Source of the DNA: Eledone cirrhosa
Taxonomy: Eukaryota
Reading direction: 5' to 3'
Assembly: GCA_964016885.1 (NCBI GenBank)
Contig: OZ024742.1
Span: 182,962,001-183,026,000 of the forward strand
Length of the DNA: 64,000 bases
Shown: positions 25,331-40,918 of the stretch, piece by piece
How the letters are laid out: each line of letters starts with the position of its first letter
Numbering within the stretch: the stretch's first letter is position 1
Translations under genes and position numbers: made by a program
The notes under the pieces: generated by a model
Database searches by the model: none
What the model was told of the DNA's origin: nothing
Seen by the model: the letters and a program-made list of their open reading frames with translations, nothing else

Positions 25331-25388
25331 CTTAGTTCGGATCTAGCTGTCGAAACGGCCGGAACTCAGCCGTCGGGGTCCTGAATCT

Positions 25389-25436
<48 letters not shown>

Positions 25437-26078
25437 TAGCGAGAATCGTATTTCAGCTCAAGAATTAACGAAAATCAACGTCCGATATGTGTGGCAAGCG
25501 CTCGATGATTCATGTGAATCAGAGCTACAACATACGTTAAGGGCCAAACACACTGAGATGATGGTTAAACAGATCATCCGCACAGCCAAAACAAACGACC
25601 AAGTAATTCGGGTCAAACAATAAAAATATATGTATATATATATAAGTGGGAGAGAGAAAGCTGGGGTTAATTATCAGGAAAGAACTACTATAGATATAAT
25701 CGACTATACCTTTACATAAAGAATTTATGGATTTGTGCCTATGCCATTACATTTCGTTCTATCTAATCACAAGTCTCTCTCTCTCTCCCCTCTCTCTCGC
25801 TCTCCCCCTCTCTCTCTCTCTCACACACACACAAACACACATACAGATTTTTCACTTGTGTAATTTACCTCTTTACCTATCTATCTATTATTCTCACCAA
25901 CAATACCAACAATGTATTTTCACAAACAACTAGAACACATACATATATATATTACATCATTTAGATATTAATGATACACACATACACATATGTGGGGCGG
26001 GGAGGATAAATCGACATACAGATATAGAAGATAGAGAAGTATGCTAAACTGCCTTTTATTTACAATAAAATGACTGTG

Positions 26079-26154
<76 letters not shown>

Positions 26155-26632
26155 ATATACACATAGGTTAAGCATAGGTGTGTTTAATAAGTTCGCTCTA
26201 CAACCTCGTAGTTCCTGGTTCAGCCCCACTGCGAGGCAATTGGTCAAGTGTCTTTTAATAGAGCATGGAGTTGACCAAACCTTTCTGCAAGTAATTTGGT
26301 AGACGAAACCTTTAGAGAACCCTTTCATATGTTGTCTCGTAATTTAGAAATGATACAAATTTTGATAAAAATAAACCAAAACTGAAACACATAATCATAA
26401 GGGGTGATATGATCGATTAACCTCATTTAAGGCGGTACCCAGCAGTACTTATATATGTATGTATACATTTTTATATAAAGGGTTTAACCTTAATCGCCGG
26501 GTTTACATGTATTAAATAATATTTACTCAGTTTGCTAGCTCACCTTAGACTGGTGATTGCCTTAAGGCAAACAAATCGACATCAAGCCAACGCTATCCAC
26601 GAACTCAAGCAAATGTAATCCCTATATTTATA

Positions 26633-26672
<40 letters not shown>

Positions 26673-27667
26673 TGTGCGTGAGTCTGTGCTTGTGTTATCA
26701 CTATTTATCTAAAGCTATTGATCTTTCTTACTGTCTTTCTCTCTTCGTTTGTGTATCTATCTATCTATCTATTTATCTGCCTGTCTAATTGATTTGCTAT
26801 TTATTCAGATGTCCCAGTGTATTCGATCGTTTCTCATATGGATTATATAAGTTTATTAAAGAAAAGGAGCTATCCGCCCGACACACATACACACCCTTAT
26901 ACTAGGCTACCTACTTCGTTTACTCTCTCTCCGTTTTCTTCTTTTATTTTGTTTATATATCGTTTCGTTTTCTTTCTCGTCTTTTCTACTTACACAGACA
27001 CCAATACAATAATGACTAATCAGATATGCTTATCTATCGTTGAAATCAAAGGTTAAAACAACCAACTCCACCCATTCACCCACTTTCCCTCCAGTCACAC
27101 ACACACACACCCATTTCCCCACCCATTCATAAATCCAATCCCATCCACACACCTATCTATCCATCCACCTATTAACCCATCTACCCATCCTCAAACCTAT
27201 CTAGCCATCCATCGCCCCACCAGTTCACACACCGAACCACCCACATAGCTAGCCATGTACCCAGTCTTCCACCTAACCAGCCACACACCCACCCATCAAT
27301 CACATATATCACCACTATCTATCCTTCATAAACGCTACTATTCAACTAACAACAAACATCGTCGCCATTCGTGTTGTTTCTATAATTTCACGCTCAGCCA
27401 CAAACCATTGTTCCACCAATCAATTGAACAGTGACTCGCTGCCAGCGTCAACAGACGTCCCCCCCCCCCGTCCCCCCCCCAACCTCCGCTCTCTCTCTCT
27501 CTCTCTCTCTCTCTTTTGTTCGACATTCATCCATACGAGGACGGCCTTTCTTTTGTTTTCTTGTTGGCTTCTTTTCATTTCTTTTATCTATTTCTTCTTT
27601 CTTCATTCGTGTTAAGTATATATATATATGTGTGTATGAGTGTGGCTGTGTGTGTGTTGTGTGTGTG

Positions 27668-27716
<49 letters not shown>

Positions 27717-28061
27717 CGCGCACTTGAATATATATAAAATACCTTCGTGCGAACTAATGAAAAAAAATGTTTGCATACATTGAACAGAAAGCTTTGTGTA
27801 GCTATTCTGTCGTACATACATAAGATCAAACATGTTACGTCTTAATTGTATTACTAAGATGAACGTCGCACGACCGTGAGCACATTTCTGGCCAATCTAA
27901 GATACTATCTCCATTAGCAGGAGGTTAAGAAACGACATTATGTTATTCGATCGAAGTAAATAACTGACTCAAACATACAGTTAAAGATATAACAGCGATA
28001 AATAGCTTGGATTCTGTCAAAAAATAGGTGAAATGATTTAATTACAGAGGATCAACAATTG

Positions 28062-28326
28062 TTAACCCTTTTTGATACCAAACTGCCTGGAACCACCCCT
28101 TATCCTATGATACAAAGTCATTTGTTTTAAAATGTTAATATTTATCTAAACATCTTCCGTCGTAATTCTATATAAAATCCTTTATGTTATGTTGTGATAA
28201 ACACCAGCTTATTAATGAGTATGTGAGTTGTAATATTAATTCCTTCTTAATTCTTGATTATTTCCAAAATGATTTGAAAATTATATATATGGTCTTTCTT
28301 TAGAAATATGGTAGCGAAAGGCTTAA
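28062..28326. mobile_element. Possible piggyBac-type MITE
   Basis: ttaa-cccttttt gatacca ... tggtagcgaaaggc-ttaa: degenerate TIRs with TTAA flanks. Confidence 0.45.
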
Positions 28327-28971
28327 AACAGCTCAGGTTATTATCATTAGCTGGATAAATGATGTTGGATTTGCAGAATTGGTAAAGTATCGGACACTCT
28401 TTTTTTTTTTTTTTTTTGCAGTGTGTAGTTACGACTTTCTATGTCCTGGGTGTTGATAAATAAAAGTACAAGTGTTGATAAATAAAAGTACAAGCTGATT
28501 AATGAGGTCAATATATTCGAGTTTCCCCATTCACAAAATTGCAGCCCTTGTGCCAATGTTAGACAGGAAGAATTATTAACTCGGTGACTGTAAATTTTCT
28601 AAATTACGATAGTCTCCAAATATATAACCATCGGCGTAGAAACTATGCCAAATACAACAAAAAATAGCCTTTTTCTTTTGGCATATCAGATAGGATATAT
28701 GTGTATATTTAGCTCATTGTTTTTTAGACTAAATATTTTTGACAAAATTTAAATACCTTTTATGACAAACCACAGTTTAACTTCATGTAAGAAAAAGGTA
28801 GAGATCATGCTTTCTAATAAGAGAAGATATTGACCCGGAGGTTGGCGAGGGAAACGCGTTGGAACAAACACTTGCGTGGCTCGATGTGATTTGCCGTATA
28901 ACGTGATTGGTGAAGGATAATTCTCCAAGTTTTTAATTTTTTCACTGCAGACAGGCAGACAGGTAGACAGG

Positions 28972-29049
<78 letters not shown>

Positions 29050-29355
29050 TGAAGTATCAATTGTTCGAAAACTGAAAAGACCACAAAGCAGAGTACTGCA
29101 TGATGCATGACGAGATGCAGGGAGGTAGAGAGGTTTATTTAGAAGAAGGAAAACTGATGTAAAACTTCCGACCCAATGGCAGCCAATGATGTTGACCTGA
29201 TCTTCTTTTGGATACCCGTCACCGTTGCGTCAACCAAGCACGGGTATAACTTCATCTAAACATCTTTCACATGTGTTGTATGAGGCCTTTTTTTCGTGTC
29301 ACCCATATGTAGGAGGGAGATGAAGTGATGGCATTTCTCGAAATGGAGATGCAGC

Positions 29356-29393
<38 letters not shown>

Positions 29394-29629
29394 TATATAA
29401 ACTCACATATTCTTAAATTCCTGTGACTGTCTTTACTCTAACAAAACACCCTTGTCATCGAATCAGTGACCGGCATAAATTTTGGGAAGAAAGTAAAAAA
29501 ATCTACGTATTTACAGACATACACATAGATGAATAGACACATACGTATGTAACTAAACACATACAGAGGTTCTTTCATTTCGGTCTGTTTTTTTTTCTGT
29601 TCTTTACTTTCTTGTTCCTTTTTAGTATC

Positions 29630-29684
<55 letters not shown>

Positions 29685-30079
29685 GTCACACACATGCACT
29701 TGTATAGTTATTTCACCTCGGCGCGATTAAATAAACGTTAGTAACGTACAGTATAAAGTGTAGAGATTGTTGGTGTTTAACGGAGGATGGTGGAGGGGGG
29801 GGGGTCTTTTTGTTGGTCTATTTTTGTTGTTTGTTTTTGAAAGTGTTGTAGGTCAAGTTTTTGTTCGATTCACTCAATGCCTTGAAGGCATTCACACAGA
29901 CAAAAGACACAGTCTAGAACTGTTCTAAATGCCACAACGATCTTCAATAGATCTTAACCACTTTCACTGTATGTTTACAGAAACTTCACTTAATGTTCCA
30001 CTCTTTTATATAAACCACACAACTCTCCTTCATTTCAATCATTTCACTCTTCTAGACATATTGATCGTTATTGTTTGTT

Positions 30080-30113
<34 letters not shown>

Positions 30114-30698
30114 AGTAGTGTTGTTATTGTATTTGTTATCACTGCTGCTGTTGTTGACGCTGTTTTGTTTTTGCCGATGTTGTTGACTTTGTTGTTGTTG
30201 TTCACATTTTCTTTTTCTTGAAAGATCCTTTTATCTTACATACTACCTCTTTCTTGTTTCTTTCAGTTTACTTCTTTACGTGCTCTCTCTTTCCCTCACT
30301 TATCTATACATATGTGTCTGTGTGTGATAGAATACTTCAAAATCTATTGAATTTTATATAAACTCTGAGATACACGGATTTCTATTTGAACTGATTTTCA
30401 TTTGCGTTTGCTAGTAAATAATTTTGCTTTGTTACACGGAGGTGTTCGATCAGTTACCAAGATATCAAGTGAACTTTACTCTACAGTGACGATCGAGTAG
30501 CATAAGGATTTGTCCAAACTTGTCACATATACTTGAAAACTAATTTCTGTCTTTATGCCTCTGACTTCTATACTAATGCGTTATCTTTAATGATGAAATG
30601 AGTACTGATCAGGAGTACATTATATTTCGATTTTGGTTCTGAATATATGCATGTCTTGATGTATAACATTATGTCTCCAAATTACACTGCACACACAC

Positions 30699-31968
<1,270 letters not shown>

Positions 31969-32219
31969 ATATTGGATATGAATCGAAGCTGTAGCGGCAA
32001 TATAGCAGGTATTAATTGTTTGAGGCAATCACAATCACAAGCGAGAAGGTAAACATTATCATCCAAAGTAAACACAACAGTTAATAAAGTGTGACACCAA
32101 GAAAAGCTACCGATGGCGGTGGCCCTACTTACACCACAACAACGATAAATACAAATATGTTGAAGACTAATCTGAACGAACTCGAGTCGATTAGAATCGA
32201 TAAAAATCGATAAAAATCT

Positions 32220-32267
<48 letters not shown>

Positions 32268-32439
32268 AGAAAAACCACAAACCCTCCATCTCAATTCTAC
32301 TTTTGTGAAACCGGTAAAGGAAACAAATAAATATTCTTAAAAAGACTCCAGTTGCATTTTCGATTTCATTTTTTTCCCTATACTTTCACTCATGTAGGAC
32401 ATCTCGGTTTTTTTTTCATATAAAAAAAAACATCATTTT

Positions 32440-32483
<44 letters not shown>

Positions 32484-32564
32484 AAAATAAAACAACGACG
32501 AGTGGTTACTCCTTCATTGCGTTTATACACTCCCTGGATATATACATATATATATATATATATG

Positions 32565-33920
32565 AAGGTAGATAAGGTTTTGTTTATGTATATCCGGAAT
32601 GAATGTTTAAACAAGAAAACTGTATACCAAAAATGTTGACTCGACGGTATTCTTTGAATCGTATAGCATAACTATCCAAGCAGATGAATATGGTATATAG
32701 GTCCAGAAGAGATCACGGAGTATATTAGTATAAGCAAGTATTGCACAAAGGAAAATAAAACGTCGGTGTGAAGAGATTATGAATTTGTTTGCTTTGACAT
32801 ACGTTTCTGTGTCTCTTATAAATTGTCTACATATGCCGACTACAATATATATTGTTCAATCATATGCAATACTTAATTATTTATTTACACTTTATCAGAA
32901 ACCCTATAGAAGTGGAATTCAACTGTTCACTACAAGGTAAAATTCAGTAATGAGGTTTTCTTTTAAGAAAATGTAAATAAGTCTAAAATATCATGAAATA
33001 CAGTAAGTTAGTATGATAGTAGAGATGAGAGGGAGTGGGGTAAAGAGTTTCACACTATCAATCTGTGTGCTCTACTTAAGGCTGGTTATGATGAACCACT
33101 AAAGGTTCTTCCGGATACAACATGCGGGGGGAAATCCAACCATCCCAATAGGAAAACATCACAAATATACCACACAAAATTTGCGAATTTAAATACCGAC
33201 GGCTCAAAGCCCCACAGGGGCGAGACAAATAACCCTAACCCTAATAATACTGAAAATAAGAAAATACCAAGGAAGTCTCGCACAAAATCATGCCTATATT
33301 ATAATCCCCGCTACTAAGCTATCTTCAAACTTATAGGCGAACACTTTCCTCCAACACACAAATTCCATAAAATACTAAATAGAGACATGATCCGACTATC
33401 CTATTCCACCACAGCTAACCTAGGCAATTTCATCATGAAATTGAATGTCAAATGCCTCCGCAGGTACGGCAATATCTACAGCCAACGGAAACCCGGACAT
33501 AATCTGAACCCTCAGCAACATCCACAGCCCTCAACCCTGAGCAGACCTGCACCCGCAAGTACCAACGCCTCCTCCACTTTACGTACAACAACAAAATATC
33601 CAGGATAACACCCCCAACACAGGAACCGGTGAGGAAACCCCACACTATATACGGACAAACTGCAACGCCAGAAATCCTAGCAATTGTCCTCTATCGGGTT
33701 AATGCTTATACAAAAATATGATTTATCAATGTGTGGTAAAATCTAAACTGGGGATATATAAATATGTGGGTTCCACTTCGAATATTTTCAAGAAAAGATG
33801 GTATATGCACACCCACACATTTAAAACTCCCAGTTTAGCAAGATCTTTGAAACAAATGATGCAGATAGATTGTATAAAATAAATTCATTCAATCCTAATA
33901 TCAAAATCCTTGATCAAGTG
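32565..33920 (+). mobile_element. Decayed Penelope-like element of a second clade
   Basis: FPPTHKFHKILNRDMIRLSYSTTANLGNFI, CPLSG*CL..NMIYQCVV, KYVGSTSNIFKKRWYMH (GIY-YIG); degenerate minus-strand HHR halves at 32800-32807 and 32892-32898. Confidence 0.78.
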
Positions 33921-34549
33921 GAAGCTTATCGGAATTGTGGGATTAACAACATAATGCCATGTGCTATTTAGTTACGACTCAGTTCATCCTACGTTCAAAT
34001 CTCTTTGAAATTATCTTCGGGGTCGATAAAATACAGTCGGATTAAAATAATCCAGGCTTTTTCAAGTGAGAGTGACTACATTCTTTTTAATGTTGCTTGT
34101 GATTTAAGTGAGGCTGACAGTGAATTTATGAATTATGTATTTCTATGAAATGAATTTTTTTATATACTTCCTCATATTATTGTGCCGATACTTCTGACCT
34201 TTAATGCATGAAAATGTATGAAATAAATGTATGCAATAGACATATGAAAAAGGTCTTCCAGTTGTGGCTATCTGGCCTTTTTTTCCCGTCATAGTATTTC
34301 TAGAAATAGACTGAAGCATTCCAAATCACTGTATTAGACGTGTGAGACCATTAATTACCAAATGTATCCTTCTCTCTATTTTAAGACGTTACGATGTAAT
34401 ATGAATGAGAGTTAGCTAGTATTTCTAAAAGATCGACAGACCACGAAGCGGTTACCTCCATGGCAGCAGAGACTGATTTTGATGTGTTTGTGCTCTTATT
34501 GTCGTCTTTTCTGTCGTTAATTTCGTTTACAGTCGTCCATGCTACCGAG

Positions 34550-35135
34550 AATTGTTTGCTTTCAACAGAACTTGATCTTTTCTATTTGGCCTTGTGCTCC
34601 TTTTGGTAAATAGCAAGGTTTTTTTTCTGAACCTGTTTGAAATTCATGATGTTAGTCTTGGTTGGTCTGCACCACTTCCGTTTATAAGAATTTTTGGGGC
34701 TCCTGTTTCTTAATGAGAGCTGTTGATTCCCATGACACTCCGTGTTTGACTGTTGGCGTGTTAAGTATGCACTTAGCAGCAACTTTCTAATGTGTACTGA
34801 CAGAATGTTTCATATTCGTCATCAGGTATAGTATTCTCTGAGAGATCTTGCAGGTTTTAAACCTCTTTTCAAAGTGATTGCATTCTTATTGCAGGTGCCT
34901 GGATTTGCAAGTGATGACCAGTCATATCACTTTGGTTCTGTTGTTTGCTTTCAGATCCTTTGTAGACTGTGATTAATCTTAGGTGAGACAATTCTGTGGT
35001 CAGAAGAAACGTTGTCGATGTGTTGAAAGCATCGCGTGGAGCTATTCGCCCACGTCTTATTCTCTATTAGGTAGTCTGACTGCATTTTGGAGCCGTTGGG
35101 ATATGTGATAGTTCATAACTTCCCCGTTCGCTTTT
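34550..35135 (-). pseudogene. LINE (RTE-like) apurinic endonuclease fragment
   Basis: PNGSKMQSDYLIENKTWANS...SSDHRIVSPKI (DY..SDH motifs). Confidence 0.65.
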
Positions 35136-36091
35136 GATATCAAACGCTAAAAATATGAAATGGTTTTTATTATTGAATGTTCATCAGTTCATGATTTATA
35201 TATTATATGCGCATGATATGTATATTATGTGTTCATGGTGTATATATTATATATTATATGTCCATAATATATATATATTATATTTAAAAAAATTGATAAA
35301 AGAAGAATAAAACAAAACGCCAATTAACCACAAGAAACCCCACACCAAATGTGTGATCTGCGTATATGTGGTCTGTGTCTTGTCTGTATGTCACTTTGAA
35401 GTTTCCCCCACCTATCGTTTTACTTTATTGATTAATTTAGATCTGAGAGAATGTTCATTGCTCAGTAAAATATATTGGAGAATCAGCAAAATACATGGTG
35501 TGGAGCTTGACAAGCACATTTAATGAAGAAATTAGTCAATTAGTGCTATTTAACTGAAATTACTATCTTTGTTGTCAGTATACTGATCAAAGGGAAGACA
35601 ATAAAGTGATCTAACTATAACATTAAACTATAACATGTATCCATAGAAACAGATACACGTATTTTTATAGAGATACTGTTTTGTTCGTTTTTTTATGGTT
35701 TTTCCATAGAAGGAAGGGCATCGCTCGGATATTTTTCAGTACCTTTGTGACTGGTGGAAAGTATGACAGTGCTTATTACCATTTTCTGGACCACCGTGAA
35801 CAGTGGTAAGTCAGACGACAGTTATTCTCAAGCGGATAGTTACAGTGACGAATTAATTCTAGAATGCAAGTTAAAACATGACCGTTGTGTAGAAGATATG
35901 AAAGAAGATTCCGATATCAAGTGATATTTTATTTTTGTAGACTAGGAGATGAGTTTCCACTGGCCTGCAATTTCGTACTAGGTTCGAATATCAGCTGTAG
36001 TACATATGTTTTTACTTCACCTAGGTCAGTATTACTTTTAGAATAATCATAAGTCTTAACTATAATACTCTTTTTCTAGGTAATCAATGGG

Positions 36092-36162
36092 ATTGCTCGA
36101 CCATTAATAACCAAGTAATTCCTCATATTGAGGAATTACTTGGTTATTAATGGTCGAGCAAT
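36092..36162. repeat. Perfect palindrome, 34-bp arms, 3-nt loop
   Basis: attgctcgaccattaataaccaagtaattcctca-tat-tgaggaattacttggttattaatggtcgagcaat. Confidence 0.95.
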
Positions 36163-37539
36163 ACCACTAAGTACCACTACCTCAGACACATAAAAAGGAC
36201 AATGGTACAACTCGAACCATTAATTTTTGGTTAGTAGACTTCATACTGTTCCAATCCAGCCAGCCAGCAGCAACAGCTAGCTACTTCGTACGAACTATTT
36301 CGAGACAATTAATTTGAAAAACAAGACGTAAATGATAAATTTAATGAGAATTTAAGAAAGCTGCAACCTTAAATTTCCGCATATGGGCGGGGGTGAAAAG
36401 TACTATTGGGTAAAAAGTATGGAAGCTGTACTGAAGAGAAATGTAATAGAATAGAGCTAATTAGTTATTGTTTGATAAAATCCTAATTCTAAAATAGTGC
36501 TTTTAGCTGTAAAACAAACCACAAGTATGTGGCAGGGGAAATCTAGAGATGACTGTTCAGTTGTGCTTTCTTCTCTTACAAGTCGTCATTAAGCTACAGT
36601 GTCTTGTTTAGTAAATTTAGGCAATACATTTATTAAATAAATAGTTTTTTGCATGTCATTTGAGAATAGGACTAGAAAAATTGTGTTTATTGATTTTTAT
36701 AGCGATTGTTGTTCTGCTCTAATATTTCTGTCGTCAGACTGACAATTTTGATTTCAGTTATGTTGTTGTTTCTTTTAGTACATTTTTCACAAAATTGAAA
36801 TATTTTTATTCAGAAGGCTGAAGTGGATATCGAAATACAATTTATTGTTTTATTTTTTGATATCAAGTGAAATTGTAAAAATGAATCAATGGACATTTCA
36901 TAGAGGGCTTTTCTTTTCTTTTTTAAATTGAATTTCTATTAAAATTCGAATTTCGATATTTCTCTCACCTTTATGTCTGTTTATGGAATCATCTCTAGTT
37001 TATCCATTTGTAAATTAAAAATGAAAAAGTAAGTGCGCCAAAAAAGATTTTAAAAAAAGAGAGAAAAAAAGCTTCAATGGAAAATCCTATTCTAAATATA
37101 ATGGAAGACCGGAATTGGCAACAAAACTGTCATCTCATATTTCCGGCTGATGGCAGTGGGTGGCAGAATCTTGCAGTATTGTGTTGTTCATTTAGGTTTC
37201 GAGTTCAAATACTGCTCAAATCAATTTTCATCATTCTAAGAATGGATAAAATAAAGTAGCAATCAAGTTATTGGTTGTGTTTAACCGACTGTAATCTACT
37301 ACTGAAATATGTGACCATGTCACTGTTAAATTCTGTTACTGGATGTATTTAATCAATTGTAACCTGCTACCAAAACATTTGCCCTGCCATTTTGTTGAAT
37401 TCAATTGTTATAACGTGTGTTCTTGGTATTTAGCTAGAACTCATTTTTAATCCAACAGATCTATTTTCAAAGACGTTAAAACTATATAACTGAAGACCAG
37501 CCGTAATATAATAGGCCTGCAAGCAAAGATGCTGTTTTT

Positions 37540-37740
37540 TTATGTAGCCTCAGGCCAGCCCTAATCCAATAGACCTGAGATCAAAGGCGTTCAAGCCATG
37601 ACCAACACACCTTTTTTTTCCAGGTCACGATAATCTAGGAGGATCACAATAGCCAAAGTGTCATTTATTATAAAGACGGAAGAGCATTTGTTGGAGAATT
37701 AGCTGCTATTTTTTGCAGGTCGGGTAGTCAGACAAAACCT
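37540..37740. mobile_element. Old interspersed repeat (other copies ~34250-34450, 39720-39860, 39935-40080)
   Basis: Shared gcgttccagccatgacc..cgtctttt..gctgctatttctagcaggtcg. Confidence 0.6.
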
Positions 37741-38240
37741 CCTCAGTGAAAACTTGTTCAAGCGAAACAAAAATAATGGTTTACTCTTTTCTATACATTT
37801 TAATATTTCGGCCTTGAGTATTTACCAAAAGAAAATGGAAATTTAGCTTAGTTCTCATATGCACTGATATGGGTGTGTGGCTGCAATATACTTAGATTGG
37901 TATAGTTCTATTGTGTATATGTGTGTCTATGTGAATGTCTGCGTATATCTGTACTTGTGTGTACACACACACAGTGGGATGCTAAGAATTATATATATAT
38001 TGTAGAAGAATGCTACGAATTAGCGGGACAGAAATAAAATAAAGGAACTAAAGAAACATTTCATTTAGACAGACTAAAAATAGTTGGTTGCTAGAAAAAC
38101 ACAGAAAAAAGGCCAAGAGGAAAACATCATGCGAATGATAATGGAGATAATATGGTTATGGACACAAGAGTTAATAAGAGCTGCAAAGCTAGAGTTGATT
38201 GAATTGAGAATAATTCTGACAAACCTACTATCCAATATTT

Positions 38241-38253
38241 GGTAGTGGTAGTG

Positions 38254-38343
<90 letters not shown>

Positions 38344-38640
38344 AGATTTATACCCATGTTAGAACTCAGTGTATTGGCAGTAGCGGGCAGAGAGAGGGCA
38401 GAGAAAACCACGGTCTCGGGCATCCATATCAGGGCTTGTGATGTGGAATCCAGCCAAAGTGTCACACAGGGACCTTCATTCAATACGGTTACTAAATGCA
38501 GCGCCCACTTAGATTTCTCAAGCACCCTCGCAAATTCTGCGCCCACTTTTCCGCACAAAATGAAAAAGCCCTATACTGGAGTTTAAGGGCATACAATTAC
38601 GCAGTTGGATCCTAATATCATCAACCCTCTGCATGTTACC
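38241..38640 (-). mobile_element. Probable retroelement 3' end with (ACT)n tail
   Basis: GC-richer 300-bp block abutting a ~33-unit (GTA)n tract. Confidence 0.4.
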
Positions 38641-38874
38641 GGAATATACTTTTGTAATACTATCATCAGTTTATACGTTTATGACTATCCAAAATACAGA
38701 GTTACAAATATCATGATAAACAATGAAAGAATATTCTTACATTGTTTAATATTATAATTCACTCTTTCTTAACTATCGAGTATTAAGCTGAACAATGGTC
38801 TTACTACTTTTAACCAGTAGGTTCCAATCTCCCCGCCTCTCTCTCTCTCTCTCTCTCTCGTATATATGTATGTA

Positions 38875-38938
<64 letters not shown>

Positions 38939-38946
38939 CATATATA

Positions 38947-39034
<88 letters not shown>

Positions 39035-40314
39035 GTATATCTATGTGCGTGGGTTGGGTGTAGGTCTGTACTGCTATTGACTAAACGTAAATGGACATTT
39101 TTGCCTGAACACTTCGTATGAAATATATCTGGACAGAGAAAATATGACGGTTAACGTTCTTGCTATAACTTAGGAAGTGAGAAAGAAAGAAAAGATTTAT
39201 ACATAAATGCTAAAAGATGTGATTTCGCACGTGTGCTTTCTAAACATCATACTTCTTAATTATATATTACATATCTATAATGATGCTCTATATATTCTCA
39301 GAGTAGTTCTGAAAATGTTCCCCTAACAATAAGATTTCCAGGCATTCCGCATACAATGGTGCATTACGTTGAATACAGACACAGCGCGTGTCTTTATGAA
39401 ATATGTGCATAACTGTATTATGTTCCTCAATGCATGTTAGTAGGTGCATTTGTAGCGATGCTATGTTCAGACGCTGCATTCATAAATGGTGAGAGTCATT
39501 TAGTGTATTTGTAATTACATGAGTCATTTTCCTATAATTATTACCGCCTTTAAATAGAATATGTAAGATTTCTTCACCCCACCACGCCCATAAAATTATA
39601 TTTTTTCTGCAACAAATTCTTGCCAGTAGTTAGTAGAAACAAACTGTTCTAGGCTGTTTAGCTGTTGTTTCTGTTCGTGGTTTTGTTGTTTGTTGTCATT
39701 ATCGAGCAAAGTTAAAATCAAACGAGTTCCAGGCATGATCATTCCGTCTTTTTTCATCTTGAATGATAAATATTATTGAATGTGTTGTTCCCTTTTTAAT
39801 TAGGGTGTGATTTAAGGATGACTTGGCTGCTATTTCTCATACATCAAGCGAGCACGTAAAATATCATGTGCTGGTTCCTGGCTGCCTTAATTCTTGATGC
39901 TGTTCTTCCTTCCGCTATGATTGAATTGACATGTTATCAAAAGCGTTCCAGTTTTGCCCATCCCGTCTTATTTCTGGTCTGTATTTGGGGTTACCATAAT
40001 GCATCCCGTTTAAAAACAAAATCTTGATTTAGAGAATATTTCACTACTATCTCTAGCAGGTCGAAAGACGTAGAAATTTCTCCGTTGATTTGGGGGTTAT
40101 CTTGGTAAACAAGGAAAGTCGTTCTTGGATATAAATTGCACCTAAGGTACAGACCACTTATCTAATCTTTTATAATAAAAGTCGACTGTCACGTGACAAT
40201 CATCCACTTTATGTAACCGGATGTCGAAAGTATTGTTTTTGTCGTCAAAATATTTTTATATATTCATACATACAGACAGATTTATATACATACGAAGAGA
40301 CATTTTTATACATG

Positions 40315-40660
40315 CACATACATACATACATACATACATACATGGTGGCTGCCAACTCGTTTTCGAGTACGGCCACTACTTTATATCCATGTAGGAGAAC
40401 CCCTACCGATGCGCTGAACGAGTGCGACTTTTTAGTCCAGCCAGCGACTTGGAAACTCTGGTACAAACACTACCCTTGTGACAATTATTGACACATAGTG
40501 CTGGGCCCATGGTACCATGTGACGACAAGTGCAGAGAGATCTCCAGATATAAAGCAATGCTTTTATAGTGAAAAAAGGCACTGCACAAAGCCAGCCCCAC
40601 TCTCTTAACCAAGATGATATTTACCAAAAAGAAGATACCCTGATAGTATCCAATGATGTT
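40315..40660 (-). mobile_element. RTE-type 3' UTR fragment with (ATGT)n tail
   Basis: Ends ggccgtactcgaaaacgagttggcagccacc(atgt)n, homologous to the termini at 40.7 and 43.1 kb. Confidence 0.7.
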
Positions 40661-40661
40661 G

Positions 40662-40759
40662 ACATACATACATACATGATGGCTGCCCCTCGTTATCGAG
40701 TATGGCCATTGCACGAGGAGGAAAAAATATAAATAAATAAAAAAAAAAATTAAAAAAAA

Positions 40760-40823
<64 letters not shown>

Positions 40824-40876
40824 ATATACATATATACACACATATATATATACATACACACATATACATTAATAAC

Positions 40877-40918
<42 letters not shown>

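Noticed and set aside
33230-33244. (TAACCC)n telomeric-like motif
   Set aside because: Only about two units; expected by chance
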